A stretch of DNA of 52,600 bases from a virus (IMGVR_UViG_3300026279_000223:1-52600), one strand, 5' to 3'. Positions 16,857-26,655 are shown, counted from the stretch's first letter. The notes: generated from the letters alone by a model not told the origin. Program-made: numbers and translations.

Positions 16857-18572
16857 CTATGTTGGTTGCAGTCTAGTGAAGTTTTTATACTTCTCATATT
16901 TAATTATATTAGTAAATTTATCAAACATTATATCGCCTTTGTGTGATATTATAAAGATGTTTTCTTTTGTAAGTTGTGTTATAATCTTAAAGAAATCATC
17001 TGTACCTTGGCCATCTAAACTGCCGTCAAATATCTCATCTAATATTAATAGATTGGTATTTGTACTGTTTTTCATCTTTGCGATATGTCGCCACGTAAAT
17101 AACAATGCAAGGTCTATTCTCATTTTTTCACCCTCACTAAAGTTATTATAGTTAAAAGTATCTCTAAATCTACTCTTTACTGTCTCATTAAACTCCTCAT
17201 CTAAATGAAACGATACAAAGAAATCCATTGCCTGTAAATGTTGATTAATTAAGTTGTTCATTATTGGAACATACTTACGTATAATCTGAGCCTTGGCACC
17301 TTTGTCATTTAATATCTCTCTTAATATATCTACGTAATCCTTTTGTTCAATTATTCTATCTCTTTCAATTCTAGTTTCTTTTAACTGGTTATTCAATTCT
17401 TCCAATTGTGCCTCTACTTCTTTACCATCAACTTGTTTGTTTTCTAACAATCTAATTTCTTCATGTATTCTATTGCTAAACTTATTTATCTCATCTAAAG
17501 AAGTCTCAAATTTGGATATATCTATATTCAATTCATTGATCTTTTGAGATACCTTATTCATTTCTGTTAGTTTTATTTCTGTATTGGATATCTCTTGTAG
17601 TATTTCTTTCATTCCATCTGATAGAGTTTTTACTTTTTGTTTGGTTGCCTCTATCTTTTGTGCTTTAAAATCTTGATCTATAGGTTGGGTACAGGTAGGA
17701 CAGTTATCATTATTCTCAAAAAACTCTAATGTTTTCTGGTGGGTATTTAAATTAGTTTCTATCTTAGCTTCTAGTTTTGATAGTTGGCCTACCTTTCTTT
17801 CTACTTTATCCTTGTTCTCTATTTCTTTTTTCTTATAACCTATCTTCTCGTTTAATTCTTCTATCTTTTTACCATACTCTTTACTATCTTCTTCGTTTTT
17901 GCTAACTAGTTGTTTTTTACCACCTAGGTCGTTCATATTAAGGTCGGAGATTGCGTTGAAGTGATTTAACTCTGTCTCATACTTGGTTTGTATAAGATCA
18001 CAACGGTGTTTCATTTCTACAACCTTTTTAGTTAAATCTGATTGTTGACTTCTTAATATTAAGTCCATAAGACCAAATACTCTAATGTCTAGGATTTCTT
18101 CCACCACTTCTCGTCTATATCGTGGCTTCATTTTCATAAAAGGTTCGTATGAGGAAGAACCTAATAATACAACTTGTAAAAAAGACCTATAATTAAGTCT
18201 CATTATATTTTGTTCTAGATATTTCTGATAGTCTATACTATTGGCGTCTTGATTCATAAGAACACCATCTTGATATATTTCAAATATGTTTGGTTTGATA
18301 CCTCTTACTATCTTATATTCTTTCATGCCTACAGTAAATTCTATTTCTACAATACAATCAGCATTGTTTATTGAGTTTACTATCTGGTCTTTTTTTATAA
18401 TTCTAAATGGTTTATTAAATAAAACAAAACATAATGCGTCTAGTAAAGTTGATTTACCTGATCCATTTGGTCCAATAACTAATGTTGTATGTGATTTGTT
18501 TAATTCAACTTCTATAGGTATATTACCTGTAGATAAAAAATTCTTATATGTTATCTTTTTAAATACTATCAT
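16857..18572 (-). CDS. gp46: Recombination nuclease ATPase subunit (Rad50/SbcC-like)
   Basis: GPNGSGKST, CPTC zinc hook, FSEGEK, ILDEIFD, ISHK. Confidence 0.97.
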   Translation of the reverse strand: MIVFKKITYKNFLSTGNIPIEVELNKSHTTLVIGPNGSGKSTLLDALCFVLFNKPFRIIKKDQIVNSINNADCIVEIEFTVGMKEYKIVRGIKPNIFEIYQDGVLMNQDANSIDYQKYLEQNIMRLNYRSFLQVVLLGSSSYEPFMKMKPRYRREVVEEILDIRVFGLMDLILRSQQSDLTKKVVEMKHRCDLIQTKYETELNHFNAISDLNMNDLGGKKQLVSKNEEDSKEYGKKIEELNEKIGYKKKEIENKDKVERKVGQLSKLEAKIETNLNTHQKTLEFFENNDNCPTCTQPIDQDFKAQKIEATKQKVKTLSDGMKEILQEISNTEIKLTEMNKVSQKINELNIDISKFETSLDEINKFSNRIHEEIRLLENKQVDGKEVEAQLEELNNQLKETRIERDRIIEQKDYVDILREILNDKGAKAQIIRKYVPIMNNLINQHLQAMDFFVSFHLDEEFNETVKSRFRDTFNYNNFSEGEKMRIDLALLFTWRHIAKMKNSTNTNLLILDEIFDGSLDGQGTDDFFKIITQLTKENIFIISHKGDIMFDKFTNIIKYEKYKNFTRLQPT

Positions 18573-18766
18573 CTATTTTTTCTAAAAAAGTTTCTCCATA
18601 TTGCCGATCTTATCATTGACACTACTGTAAATATTAATGCAATTCCTATACTATCAAATATGGTTGGATATAATCCAAAGAAAGGAAAAATATATAGTTG
18701 AATAAGTATGGCTAAAATTAATCCACTACCTACATCAATAAAGCTTTCTATTATATCTCTACTCAC
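18569..18766 (-). CDS. Small two-helix membrane protein
   Basis: Two hydrophobic segments; likely GTG start at 18766 overlapping the gp47 end (ORF track extends to 18793). Confidence 0.7.
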   Translation of the reverse strand: MSRDIIESFIDVGSGLILAILIQLYIFPFFGLYPTIFDSIGIALIFTVVSMIRSAIWRNFFRKNR

Positions 18767-19802
18767 TGGCCTCCGTATATAGTTCTTTTGCAAATTCTTT
18801 TAATTTATGTTTATCTAACTCTGTATCTACCTGATCAATATAGTTACCTAAAAATGTTAGTGTATCTTCTCCTTGATCTATAGTATCTACTTTTACTGTT
18901 TGTGTAATATCATTTGTATCTTCATTGATAATCAATTCATGTACATTGGTATTGTTATAAAATCTTTCTACTAGATTACCATACATTTCTGGATTAGTTT
19001 TTCTGTTTACAAATAGTTTTACAAAACAATTCTCATAAGAAGATAAATCTAAATTGTTATAGTTTTCTTTTGTATCATCATATACTAATTTTTTAAATAT
19101 TGGTAAAGGGTTCTCTATTCGTTCTAACTCTCTTGTATCTGTATCAAATATATGAAAACCTTTTGGACAATTATAGTCTGACCACATAATTTGATATTGA
19201 GTACCTAGATAAAATATATGTCCGTCATCTGATTTCTTATGAAAATGACCAGATAATACTTTTTCAAATCTTCTAAATTGTTCTCTTTCAAGTCCTTGTT
19301 CGTTTACTACTCCTCTATGCATTTCAAAGCCTTTTACTTCTAAATGACCAAAGGCAATTTGTGATGTAGAGTTGTCTAATTTATATAAAGTATCTTCCAT
19401 ATTGTCTTCACATATCCATGGTATAAACAATATATCTAAACCACCAAGAGTAACCTCTGTTGCTCTTGTATATATTTTAACTTTACCTAGATTTAAATTT
19501 TCTATAGCATTTACTTCGTTAGTATTTTTGTAATAGGTATCGTGATTACCTAATATAACGTGAGTATCTATATCTAATTCTTCTAGTTTATCCCAAAACT
19601 TTTTCTTAAAATTGTGGGCTGTGTTATGGTTAATAAACTTACGTCTATCAACTACGTCACCTAAATGTACTAAACATTTTATATCGTTATCTTTAAGATA
19701 AGGAAAAAACTGTTCCTCATAAAACTTATTTTGATAATTTATAAAGTGTGGAGAATCATTACGGCAACCAAAGTGTGTATCATTTAGTAGCGCTATCTTC
19801 AT
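18759..19802 (-). CDS. gp47: Recombination nuclease subunit (Mre11/SbcD-like)
   Basis: NDTHFG, HLGDVVDRRK, GNHD, SGHFH. Confidence 0.97.
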   Translation of the reverse strand: MKIALLNDTHFGCRNDSPHFINYQNKFYEEQFFPYLKDNDIKCLVHLGDVVDRRKFINHNTAHNFKKKFWDKLEELDIDTHVILGNHDTYYKNTNEVNAIENLNLGKVKIYTRATEVTLGGLDILFIPWICEDNMEDTLYKLDNSTSQIAFGHLEVKGFEMHRGVVNEQGLEREQFRRFEKVLSGHFHKKSDDGHIFYLGTQYQIMWSDYNCPKGFHIFDTDTRELERIENPLPIFKKLVYDDTKENYNNLDLSSYENCFVKLFVNRKTNPEMYGNLVERFYNNTNVHELIINEDTNDITQTVKVDTIDQGEDTLTFLGNYIDQVDTELDKHKLKEFAKELYTEASE

Positions 19803-20364
19803 AATTTTCAAAAAAATAATCTAAACTATTCTTACTTGTTCTTTTCTTCCTTTTCTTTTTACTTTGTTTAATTTCTTCGGCAATCTTCTCTTGTGAATCC
19901 ATAGGTAAATTCTTTTGTAAGTACTCTGTCATCTGGTTTTTAAAGTCTCTATCGTCACCAGGTTGGAGAGCAAAATCATCTAAATTGGATTTACTTATAA
20001 GTTTGTGTTTGATTGTCACTTGCTTTTTCTCTTTTTGTATTCTACGTATAAAAGCATAGTAGATTATTTGAGTAAAGTAAGCGAAAGGATTATTTGATTT
20101 TTTACCATCAAAGTTGTCAAGGTATTGTAGACAGTTTTCTATACCATCTGAAATCATGTCATCTTTAAAGGTGTAATTAATGAAATTAGGTCTATATGAG
20201 AGGTGATTGGCAATCTTCAAAAAACATGATCCAAGGTAGTTTCCTACTGGTGGTTTATCTTGTTTTAATCTCTTTGCTTTACGTACAGATTTTCTGTACT
20301 TTATCATCGCCTCCAAAAACTCTTTGTTATTTACATAATGTTCTTTTTTTGTTTTTGTATTCAT
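19780..20364 (-). CDS. gp55: Late-transcription sigma factor
   Basis: HYVNNKEF, NFINYT, DMISDGIENC, NPFAYFTQI, AFIRRIQKEKKQ. Confidence 0.97.
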   Translation of the reverse strand: MNTKTKKEHYVNNKEFLEAMIKYRKSVRKAKRLKQDKPPVGNYLGSCFLKIANHLSYRPNFINYTFKDDMISDGIENCLQYLDNFDGKKSNNPFAYFTQIIYYAFIRRIQKEKKQVTIKHKLISKSNLDDFALQPGDDRDFKNQMTEYLQKNLPMDSQEKIAEEIKQSKKKRKKRTSKNSLDYFFENYEDSATK

Positions 20365-20370
20365 AATATT

Positions 20371-20399
20371 AATATACTACAGTTTGTGTTTTTTGTCAA
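20371..20399 (-). promoter_or_regulatory. Sigma70-type promoter of gp55, predicting a leaderless mRNA
   Basis: TTGACA-N17-TATATT-N6-ATG. Confidence 0.75.
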
Positions 20400-20411
20400 T
20401 GTTATCCCTAT

Positions 20412-20486
20412 TGGAGCGGGTGAAGAATTTCGCAATCTCAACCTTATCGTTGGCAACGATACGCTCTACTTTTGAGCTACACCCGC
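20412..20486 (-). tRNA. tRNA-Gly(GCC) with non-canonical D- and T-loops
   Basis: GCGGGTG/CACCCGC acceptor stem, U73 + CCA, GCTC-AAAAGTA-GAGC D-arm, TATCG-TTGCCAA-CGATA anticodon arm, GAGAT-TGCGAAA-TTCTT T-arm. Confidence 0.85.
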
Positions 20487-20488
20487 CT

Positions 20489-20515
20489 AAAAAAAATTTC
20501 GGTTTCAGCCGAAAT
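20489..20515 (-). terminator. Intrinsic terminator immediately upstream of tRNA-Gly(GCC)
   Basis: ATTTCGG-CTGAAA-CCGAAAT followed by a T run. Confidence 0.7.
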
Positions 20516-20520
20516 CAGCA

Positions 20521-20548
20521 TTGACTTTTTTGGAAAAATATGTATAAT
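20521..20548 (+). promoter_or_regulatory. Plus-strand (antisense) sigma70-type promoter
   Basis: TTGACT-N16-TATAAT pointing into the 3' end of ORF 20595..21026; no plus-strand gene follows. Confidence 0.5.
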
Positions 20549-20594
20549 GAACGGTGTAGCCGGTTGATTGAGGATACTCCAGCTAGAGGTCTTA

Positions 20595-21026
20595 TTAATG
20601 TATGGTTCCTTCATCATCATCATCAAACAATCTTTCATCAAAAATCTCATTTATCTTCTTATTATCTTTAGTGGAAAACTTCATCATTGAAGGCGTTCTT
20701 TTGTTGTCTTTTGCCAAAGGAATATCTTCATATGTATCAACAACACCAAGATAACTTCTTCTCATATCTTCATTAGCATTTGTTATGGTCATTATCTTAT
20801 CTTTTGGAATAGTAATTTGTTCATCGTTAGTATAGGCCGTCCAACGAATCAAAGCAATATAATCTCTAAAACCCGATACCGTTATTTGTGGTACGTATTT
20901 TATCTGCAACGGCTTTTCTACATTGATTGTTTTATTTGTGGGATCTAATTGTCTTTTAGTAAAAGCACAAGAACAAACAATATCGTCTCCGTTTACCAAC
21001 TTGATAATTTTAATGTTATTATCCAT
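20595..21026 (-). CDS. Conserved T4-like hypothetical protein upstream of gp55, possible Sm-like fold
   Basis: IKIIKLVNGDDIVC; C-terminal DDDEGTIH; TAAATA-N5-ATG. Confidence 0.75.
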   Translation of the reverse strand: MDNNIKIIKLVNGDDIVCSCAFTKRQLDPTNKTINVEKPLQIKYVPQITVSGFRDYIALIRWTAYTNDEQITIPKDKIMTITNANEDMRRSYLGVVDTYEDIPLAKDNKRTPSMMKFSTKDNKKINEIFDERLFDDDDEGTIH

Positions 21027-21030
21027 ATTA

Positions 21031-21507
21031 TTATTTATCCTTATTTAGCTCTGCCAATACACAATGAGTACCACCAATTTTTGTTGTTATATCATAAGTT
21101 AATAACGATGTTTCTTTAAAAACTTTCATATTATACCAACCTTTATTTTTTCCAGGATATTTTACTTCGTTAGGCAAATAATCATGGAAAATAATTTTAA
21201 AACAATCTGTAGTTCTTTTTAATATTTCTTCACAATCATAAACGCCGATTGATCCGTCAACAAATACAAAATCAAAATCAAAATGACTATATTGTTTCCA
21301 ATAATCAGTACTCTTACAATGAAATCTGTTTATTGAATCCTCTATACCAACATACTCAAATATATTGTCTTTATCAATAGTATATACCTCTGCTCTATTT
21401 GCTATTAAAGCAGTTGTACTTTTACCTGTACCGGTACCTATTTCTAATACCTTTTTAGCATAACGACTTTCTTCTAACAAAAATCTAAAATCTTCATCTG
21501 AAATCAT
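21031..21507 (-). CDS. Class I SAM-dependent methyltransferase (Methyltransf_24-like)
   Basis: VLEIGTGTGKST, YTID, FDFVFVDG, IIFHDY. Confidence 0.85.
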   Translation of the reverse strand: MISDEDFRFLLEESRYAKKVLEIGTGTGKSTTALIANRAEVYTIDKDNIFEYVGIEDSINRFHCKSTDYWKQYSHFDFDFVFVDGSIGVYDCEEILKRTTDCFKIIFHDYLPNEVKYPGKNKGWYNMKVFKETSLLTYDITTKIGGTHCVLAELNKDK

Positions 21508-22979
21508 TTTAACTCTATATTGTGTATCTCATAATTAAAATCTTCGTCATTGTAAATATTTATTCGTTCACGAAAATGTATCAACGTATAGTTTTCTTTT
21601 TCTTTATAACTAATATCATCTGCTATATCATATAAAGTCGCAGCTGAATCATTATCCTTTAATCTTAATCCTCTTCCAATAGATTGTAAGTTCCTTATCC
21701 GTGACTTGCTAGGACTAGCAAAAATAATGTTATGCAAGTTCCGTATATTAATGCCTGTACTGAAAGTCCCATAACTTGCAACGATAATAGCGTTGTCAGA
21801 TTTCTCCGTAATTTCTCTGATCTTTTCCCTAACGTCTGTATCCACTCCACCGTGGACATAAAATACTTGTTTGTCAACAGCTTTTGTTTTAATTGATTCA
21901 TATAACTCCTTTCCATGTTTTTCTACGTATTGAAATAAACATAAAGTATTGCCTTGTAAAGTAGAGGCCAAGTTTCTTATATACTTATTCCTTTTTTCAT
22001 TACGTACCAGGTAATCCATTTCTTCTTGGTATGTTTTATCTTTTAACATATGTCTAACATCTTTGTCATGTTGTAATACTAAACATATAATTTTTAATTC
22101 TGCTAATTGTTTTTTCTCTTGTAATTCTGTTGTGGATATAACCTTGTTTACTGTACCAAATAATCCTTCCAATACTAACTTATGTGTTTTAGTACCATCT
22201 AAAGTACCTGTAAGGCCTATTCTATATTTACATTGTTCTAGTTTAGTCATTATCTTTGTGAGTGAAACTGCCTTGAATAAGTGTGCCTCGTCACCTATAA
22301 CCATTCCAAACTGTTTAAACCACTTCTTTGGTTGATTATATACTGATTGCCATGTAGATATTATAACGTTTTTGTTTGTTTCTTTTTCATGGCCTTGATA
22401 TATTCTATGTACATTTTTGTCTGGATTCCAACCATAATCTTTAAAATCCTTAAACAATTGTTCTACTAATGATGTTGTTGGTACTATAATTAAGATTTTC
22501 TTCTTTTGTTCTTTTAGTCTTAACATATTATAACGTACTAACATGTAAACTATAAGTGATTTACCAGAGGCTGTTGGAGATAACAATAAACATCTATTCT
22601 TTTGTGTTGCATATACAAATGCTTCTTTTTGATAATCTCTTATTTCCATAGGTACTTTAAGGGCTTTTGTAAACTTTTCTACCAATTCTAAATCAACTTT
22701 AGTATCAACTATTTTAGTACCATCTACTACTTGTATCTTGTTGTCACTACACCATTTAAGTATATAAGGATATAAACCGGCGTAAATTTGACCAGTTGCA
22801 TAAGAGAATAATCTTATTTTTCCATCCCATACTCTGTTTCTATAGGCAGGAACAAACTTATAACCAGGTACTTCAAAACAAAAATACTCTGATAACTCTC
22901 TTTTAATAGAGGCGTCAGCGTCTACTTTTAAATAGACATCGTTTACTCTGTCAACTATGATGTATCTTATATCTGGCAT
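21504..22979 (-). CDS. uvsW: SF2 DNA helicase UvsW (start probably 22979)
   Basis: WDGKIRLF, SPTASGKS, DEAH, GLTGT, LQSIGRGLR; TAATG coupling at 22979. Confidence 0.97.
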   Translation of the reverse strand: MPDIRYIIVDRVNDVYLKVDADASIKRELSEYFCFEVPGYKFVPAYRNRVWDGKIRLFSYATGQIYAGLYPYILKWCSDNKIQVVDGTKIVDTKVDLELVEKFTKALKVPMEIRDYQKEAFVYATQKNRCLLLSPTASGKSLIVYMLVRYNMLRLKEQKKKILIIVPTTSLVEQLFKDFKDYGWNPDKNVHRIYQGHEKETNKNVIISTWQSVYNQPKKWFKQFGMVIGDEAHLFKAVSLTKIMTKLEQCKYRIGLTGTLDGTKTHKLVLEGLFGTVNKVISTTELQEKKQLAELKIICLVLQHDKDVRHMLKDKTYQEEMDYLVRNEKRNKYIRNLASTLQGNTLCLFQYVEKHGKELYESIKTKAVDKQVFYVHGGVDTDVREKIREITEKSDNAIIVASYGTFSTGINIRNLHNIIFASPSKSRIRNLQSIGRGLRLKDNDSAATLYDIADDISYKEKENYTLIHFRERINIYNDEDFNYEIHNIELK

Positions 22980-23539
22980 TACACGAAAGGTGGACCGACA
23001 ACCCAACCTACTAAAACCTTTCTTGTTCCTTTGGTCACCGGATGTACTTTATGCCACATAAATGACGGAAAGGTAACTATTGTACCAGTTGTAAATTTAT
23101 CTTTAAACTTTATATTCTGATTTATTCTTTTAGGATTTAAATTAGCTATCTCTAATTCTCCTCCTTCGTAATCTTCATTTAAACATAAAGTAAAACTTAA
23201 CTTTCTGATATAACCATTATCATAAGGCTTAGTGTGCGAATCTATGTGCCAATCATAGTGGTCTCCTTCTTCGTATATTGTATACTGTAAGGGTTCAAAT
23301 TCTTTTAACTTGAAATTCCAATCGGCCTTTACATTGTGATTAAAGATAACTTCTTTTATATCTTCGTATAACTCATCATTTTCTTTTATCCATGCGACCT
23401 TGGAGCTTCTATTTTTATTATCACCGTCTTGTATGGCGGCTTCTTTTATTCTTAATTTCTCTGAATTTTCTATTATATTATTACAATAGTCCTCATTAAA
23501 CATTGAAATTGAAAGACAATTGTTATTTGTTAGGTACAT
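22979..23539 (-). CDS. 2OG-Fe(II) oxygenase
   Basis: YDWHID, RKLS, YEGGEL, HKVHPVTKGTRKVLVGW. Confidence 0.93.
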   Translation of the reverse strand: MYLTNNNCLSISMFNEDYCNNIIENSEKLRIKEAAIQDGDNKNRSSKVAWIKENDELYEDIKEVIFNHNVKADWNFKLKEFEPLQYTIYEEGDHYDWHIDSHTKPYDNGYIRKLSFTLCLNEDYEGGELEIANLNPKRINQNIKFKDKFTTGTIVTFPSFMWHKVHPVTKGTRKVLVGWVVGPPFV

Positions 23540-23967
23540 TATACAGCCCCACTGGTAAATCTTTTCCAGTCTATTGCATTTTTAATAGTAAATGTTCTAT
23601 TGGAGATTTGTCTTAATGATCTATCTAAAAATTCTACAACTGTTTCTAGATATTTAACCTTTTGGTTTGCTTTTTGCCACTCTGGATCAGCTTCAATAAA
23701 TTGAGGTACGTCTGCTTTTAATATCTTTAAGTTAAATGGTTTCTGTAGATATACTGCCGGATCGGCCTTACCTGTATAGTATTCCCATTTCTCCCTTTTG
23801 ATTGTTCTAAATTCATCTTCAGCACGTGTTAATAACAATTTAAATTTAGTTAAAAATTTTAAATATTTGTTATGTAATTGAGGTGTTTTTAAAGACTCTA
23901 TATCTAATTCAATATCGTTAATCTTTAAATCTTTATCGGCTAAATCTTGTAGTTGTTCTAAATCCAT
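23539..23967 (-). CDS. uvsY: Recombination mediator UvsY
   Basis: PQLHNKYL, KWEYYTGK, IKNAIDWKRFTSG. Confidence 0.93.
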   Translation of the reverse strand: MDLEQLQDLADKDLKINDIELDIESLKTPQLHNKYLKFLTKFKLLLTRAEDEFRTIKREKWEYYTGKADPAVYLQKPFNLKILKADVPQFIEADPEWQKANQKVKYLETVVEFLDRSLRQISNRTFTIKNAIDWKRFTSGAV

Positions 23968-24005
23968 TATATCTCCACTTGTTCATAATATTACTCACTT
24001 ATTTA

Positions 24006-24626
24006 TTAAGATGTTGTAACTGTTGTTTTTGATGATCCTGTTGTAGCAAAATCATATATCTTATATTCAAAAGTAACAGACGCTGTAAGATAATCAACAT
24101 CTGTAGCTTGTTGGTTGTAAGCAAGACTTGAAAGAGAAATAGGAAATACGTCTCTAAATCTAACTTCTACAACCGAGTTGTTTTTATTTGATAGTACACT
24201 TAACGTAGCGTCTGAAAAAAGACCACCTGTTTTTGGTGGTGGAAATTTTGATCTACCAGAATCACCTATTACATTGCTTGTACTACCAGGAAATCTATCA
24301 TTACCACTTGTTAAAAGATTTTGATGTTCCTTGTGATCTTCAGGAAAACCTAGACCTCTTAACCAACCATGTATTTCTTGATAGTTTTCTAAATTCTCAT
24401 CTACTAAAAAAGATATTGTTAAACTTTCATAGTTTAATTTATCTCCAGGTAAAGGTATATCTTTCAACATTGTTTGTTGAGTTGGTGTACCGGCTAATGC
24501 TATACCTGGTATATTAGCAGCTGTACAAAAATATTCTACTTTAGGTAATTTAACTATACTAAATTTAAATTGTGTTGGACTTGCATAGTCTAATTTTGTA
24601 GGTTGTCTATTCTTAACTGTTGTCAT
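24006..24626 (-). CDS. gp3: Tail completion / tube terminator protein
   Basis: LPKVEYFC, PGDKL, FLVDENLENYQEIHGW, FSDATL, FPISLS; position before uvsY. Confidence 0.88.
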   Translation of the reverse strand: MTTVKNRQPTKLDYASPTQFKFSIVKLPKVEYFCTAANIPGIALAGTPTQQTMLKDIPLPGDKLNYESLTISFLVDENLENYQEIHGWLRGLGFPEDHKEHQNLLTSGNDRFPGSTSNVIGDSGRSKFPPPKTGGLFSDATLSVLSNKNNSVVEVRFRDVFPISLSSLAYNQQATDVDYLTASVTFEYKIYDFATTGSSKTTVTTS

Positions 24627-24630
24627 AATA

Positions 24631-24897
24631 CTATTTATCCGTGTCCTTATCTACTTCTTCCCAGTCTTTTTCAGTAGATTTCTTCTCCAATTCTTTTTCA
24701 GTTGGTGTTAGAATCTTCTCTTTTTGTTCAACCTTTTCTATCTTATCCTCTATTACATCTAAAGGATTTTTAGGTTTAGAGTTAAATAAATCATGGTCAA
24801 AAAATCCAACATAACATAGAACAGCTAATAACATCAATACTTTAATACAGACTATTACAACTAACATTCCTAATATTGTTCTTAATAATGATTTCAT
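24631..24897 (-). CDS. Small membrane-anchored protein with charged C-terminus
   Basis: N-terminal hydrophobic stretch; TAAATA-N5-ATG. Confidence 0.65.
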   Translation of the reverse strand: MKSLLRTILGMLVVIVCIKVLMLLAVLCYVGFFDHDLFNSKPKNPLDVIEDKIEKVEQKEKILTPTEKELEKKSTEKDWEEVDKDTDK

Positions 24898-24910
24898 ACG
24901 TATATTTAGT

Positions 24911-25384
24911 TTATTTTCTTTCCCATGCTTTTAATTTACCATCCTCTGCAACGACCATTTCTTGTTTATCTTTTTTCTTTTTATTACTACGACATGTATC
25001 CCAGCAGGCCACAGGACCTCTATTATGTTCTAGTGATTTATGAAAGGCATGCCAATGATCAGTGTCTAATATATCTTCTATTTTTTCGTAATCGGCTATA
25101 TTGGAATTGTCAACCAACTTTCTAAATTCTTTATCATTCATCATATTTTCGGTATCACAATGACAACAAGGTAGTAAATGGCCTCTGTTGTCTACTGCTA
25201 AATTCATATTACCTCTAAAACACATAGGCTCTATTTTTATATCGGAAGTTATACCGTTGTCTTTGTCTGATATAACGTTACCGGTTTCATCATAAAAATT
25301 TGTTCTTTTATGTACTTTTGCTAAATGATCATATTCACTTACGTGAGGATAATTTTGTCTTATATCTTTCCAATTTTTAGGCAC
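24911..25384 (-). CDS. Stand-alone SPASM/Twitch-like Fe-S domain protein
   Basis: PMC...LAVDNRGHLLPCCHCD...ACWDTC. Confidence 0.72.
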   Translation of the reverse strand: MPKNWKDIRQNYPHVSEYDHLAKVHKRTNFYDETGNVISDKDNGITSDIKIEPMCFRGNMNLAVDNRGHLLPCCHCDTENMMNDKEFRKLVDNSNIADYEKIEDILDTDHWHAFHKSLEHNRGPVACWDTCRSNKKKKDKQEMVVAEDGKLKAWERK

Positions 25385-26163
25385 TACTCTTGTATTCCTC
25401 CTCTTGGTAAACCTACAGCTGCTGGTGCGTCAGGATTAAAAGCGTGATCCTCTACGTCTAATTTCTTTTCTTTAGGTATTAAAGGATCAGTTTCATCGTC
25501 TCCTACCCACCTAGAGCTTTGTATTACATTAAAAATAACATCTATTTCTTTGGCCATTGTCATACACTTTTCAACATCATGTTGATTATAATTAAACATT
25601 ATCATTTGCCATATAGGTTTCTTTTTTAAAATACCTCTAGCCATTTTTAATCTTTTAAAATGTAGTTCACCGTTTTGATGTACTCTGTACTTATGACTAT
25701 CTTTAGGTAGACCATCTATACCAAACCACCATTGAGTATCTACATTGGCTCTAAATGCTTCTTCAAAAAATTTATCTGATTTAAATGTAGAGGCACTATG
25801 TACTTGACTTATATTGCCTTTTCTTTTTATCATTTTTAACATATCAATAAAATGTGGGTGATGTACAGGATCAGAATATTGTCCACAAAATTGTATTCTA
25901 TCAAAGTAATTTGTAATTTTATCAAACTCGTCCATTGTTATATCTCTACCTGGTATTGGTTTCTTTTTTAATCCACCTTTACCATCACTTTCATACGTTT
26001 GTCTAGCACAACGTAAACACTCTAAAGGACATCTATGTGATAAATCTAAATTAACCTTACTTGCTTTGAATAATTGTTTTTCAAATTTCTCATTAGGTCG
26101 GTATTTCATACCTTCCATAATTATATTAGGTGAAGTTATCTCTTTGTCGTCTGTATTTGCCAT
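25384..26163 (-). CDS. Radical SAM protein lacking its own SPASM domain
   Basis: CPLECLRC (CxxxCxxC), FCGQYSDP, FGIDG, WQMIMFNYNQH. Confidence 0.9.
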   Translation of the reverse strand: MANTDDKEITSPNIIMEGMKYRPNEKFEKQLFKASKVNLDLSHRCPLECLRCARQTYESDGKGGLKKKPIPGRDITMDEFDKITNYFDRIQFCGQYSDPVHHPHFIDMLKMIKRKGNISQVHSASTFKSDKFFEEAFRANVDTQWWFGIDGLPKDSHKYRVHQNGELHFKRLKMARGILKKKPIWQMIMFNYNQHDVEKCMTMAKEIDVIFNVIQSSRWVGDDETDPLIPKEKKLDVEDHAFNPDAPAAVGLPRGGIQE

Positions 26164-26166
26164 GAT

Positions 26167-26655
26167 TTATTTAATTATCTCCACTATATCGCCTATACTT
26201 ATTTGTGCTTCTTCTATAACCTTAGCACACCATCTACCAAACGTTGGATTTCTTTTTTCATCTACTAATTTATAGTTACCATCTTTAAATGATTTACCAA
26301 TTACTGAACATGGTGGTGCTGTAAAAGTTAATTCAAGTATTGCTTCTCCTATTTTCAATCTATCTCCTGATTTAAATTGATCATAAGATAATCCTTCTCT
26401 CCAAAAATCTATAGTTATATTTTCTCCTACTGTTCCAGGAGCAATAGGGTGTCCGTCTGCCTGTAATTTTATAATTTTTTGATAGTCATATATTAAAATA
26501 GCACGATCAATTCCACCATGATTTTTAATTTTATCATTACCTCTATGTCGGTAATCTTCTTTGATACCTAATTTATCTATTTTAGCACTAGTGACCTGAA
26601 GTTTAGGAACACCACCATTAGGATTAACATTAATATAACGGACTGTAGCAACCAT
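26167..26655 (-). CDS. MOSC-domain protein (YiiM-like)
   Basis: GGVPK, HGGIDRA, PGTVGENIT, GDRLKIGEAILELT, PPC, ISIGD. Confidence 0.88.
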   Translation of the reverse strand: MVATVRYINVNPNGGVPKLQVTSAKIDKLGIKEDYRHRGNDKIKNHGGIDRAILIYDYQKIIKLQADGHPIAPGTVGENITIDFWREGLSYDQFKSGDRLKIGEAILELTFTAPPCSVIGKSFKDGNYKLVDEKRNPTFGRWCAKVIEEAQISIGDIVEIIK

